A stretch of 64,000 nucleotides of DNA from the human T2T-CHM13v2.0 reference genome, Homo sapiens: NCBI RefSeq assembly GCF_009914755.1, contig NC_060931.1; one strand, given 5' to 3'. Each line of letters starts with the position of its first letter. The first letter of the stretch is position 1. The notes under the pieces are model-generated. The model saw nothing but the letters and a program-made list of their open reading frames with translations, was not told the DNA's origin and made no database searches. A program made the position numbers and the translations under genes. Positions 62,678-64,000 of this stretch are shown piece by piece.

Positions 62678-64000
62678 TCTAATTGTCTATGTATTCATTA
62701 TTTTATCTTTGAATCAGTGTCTTCTTTTTTCAAAAAGAGGTTCGAATAGATGGTGGAGGGAAATATTCGAAATCTTTTCCTCCTCTGTTTCCCCATATGT
62801 ATAATATACCAACCAATTCTAGAGATGTGTCTATGTCCAAAGCTTAAAGTCATTGTATTTATAATGAAGAATGCTATTACTTGTTCCGCGGGTCTTTCAC
62901 CTTAAAGTGTGTTCTAATATAGCAAAATTGGGCCTGGGACTTCCAAAGTTATCTAACTGTAGATATACAGAATGGGAGTCATGTGTTTGAAAGTTCCACT
63001 GACATCTTTTTAGAATACTGTGCTGGTGTTACTTTGTAATTACTTAGATTAAAGACACAAATATAGGCATACAGACATGTCCTTACTATTACTATGATTT
63101 TGAAGTATAACCAACAAATTAGGGATTAAACCACTAACTTCTTATATTTTGGTCCTTTTCTAGCTCCCTTTAGGTATAAATAAGACATCATTTTTATGTA
63201 ATTTAAAAAGTTCTCTATAACCTTAATGGAGGAGAACTTTTTCTATCATTTGTTTAGATGAAAAGACAAAACTGGTAAATTTAGAATTCCTTTGTAGAAA
63301 GTTTCTGTAATTGAAACTAATGAATCTTGATTCAATAAACCTAAATGAATATGTATTTGGTCATAGTTGAATGATATAAGTACTCTGAAGTCAGATGTGC
63401 TTTCAAAATACTCCCATAAATGTAAATTCTTAATTATGATCATTTTAAGGGCATTTATCTGTCTCCTGGTGGTTGTTGCTACTCTGGCCCCTTTTATATG
63501 TTTTGGACAGAGAAGGAAGTACAATGCTTGCATTCCTGTGGTTGCTATAGTAATGGAAAAAAACTGCAGCTGTGATTGTAGACTTGAAGAAAAAGACTGA
63601 GGTCATTTCAGCCCTGGAGACTTAGTAAATATTAATTGTGAAGAAGAAAGCTCTTGTTCTCATTCTTTAATAGTTTTTTTATAAGAGCCAGAAGTCATTA
63701 TATTGAGATAAATTGTTACTGCCCCTTAATTGCATTCCAAAGGTAGGTTGAAATGTTAACTAAAATTATACACAGTAGGATTTTGCATTCAATTTAATGA
63801 ATTTCTGGCCACAGCTGATATTCTAAGATGCAAAAGAAGAATCTGTGGTTTGATAAAAATTTTAAAAAGTTGTAGTTTCTCTTATAAAGCAAAGAACTAC
63901 AGTTTTAGGTGTTTTTAGATTAAATATTTTACCGAATAAATATTTCATTTTAGATTTCTTCTTTAGACAATTCCACAGCATATGGAGCTTGCCTAAGACC

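Overview
AT-rich, repeat-dense primate genomic DNA (human or great ape, judged from L1PA2/L1PA3-type LINE-1s and AluJ/S elements); intronic or intergenic, with no host protein-coding exon I can support. All long ORFs are LINE-1 ORF1/ORF2/ORF0 remnants. The main structure is at about 29.9-48.5 kb: an ancient near-full-length L1MA-type element (+) carrying five Alus and two young L1PA elements. One is a near-full-length minus-strand L1PA2-like copy (36966-42980); the other is a 5'-inverted (twin-primed) L1PA3-like copy (43008-47792). They sit head-to-head at the same TTT|AAA junction, separated only by their two abutting target-site duplications (27 bp). Together they form about 3.15-kb inverted arms and about 1.64-kb direct repeats, and they share patches of non-consensus substitutions including the same ORF2 stop codon, which points to gene conversion between them and a potentially invertible promoter cassette. 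Repeat subfamily names come from my recall of consensus sequences, not from a database search; boundaries of old repeats are approximate.
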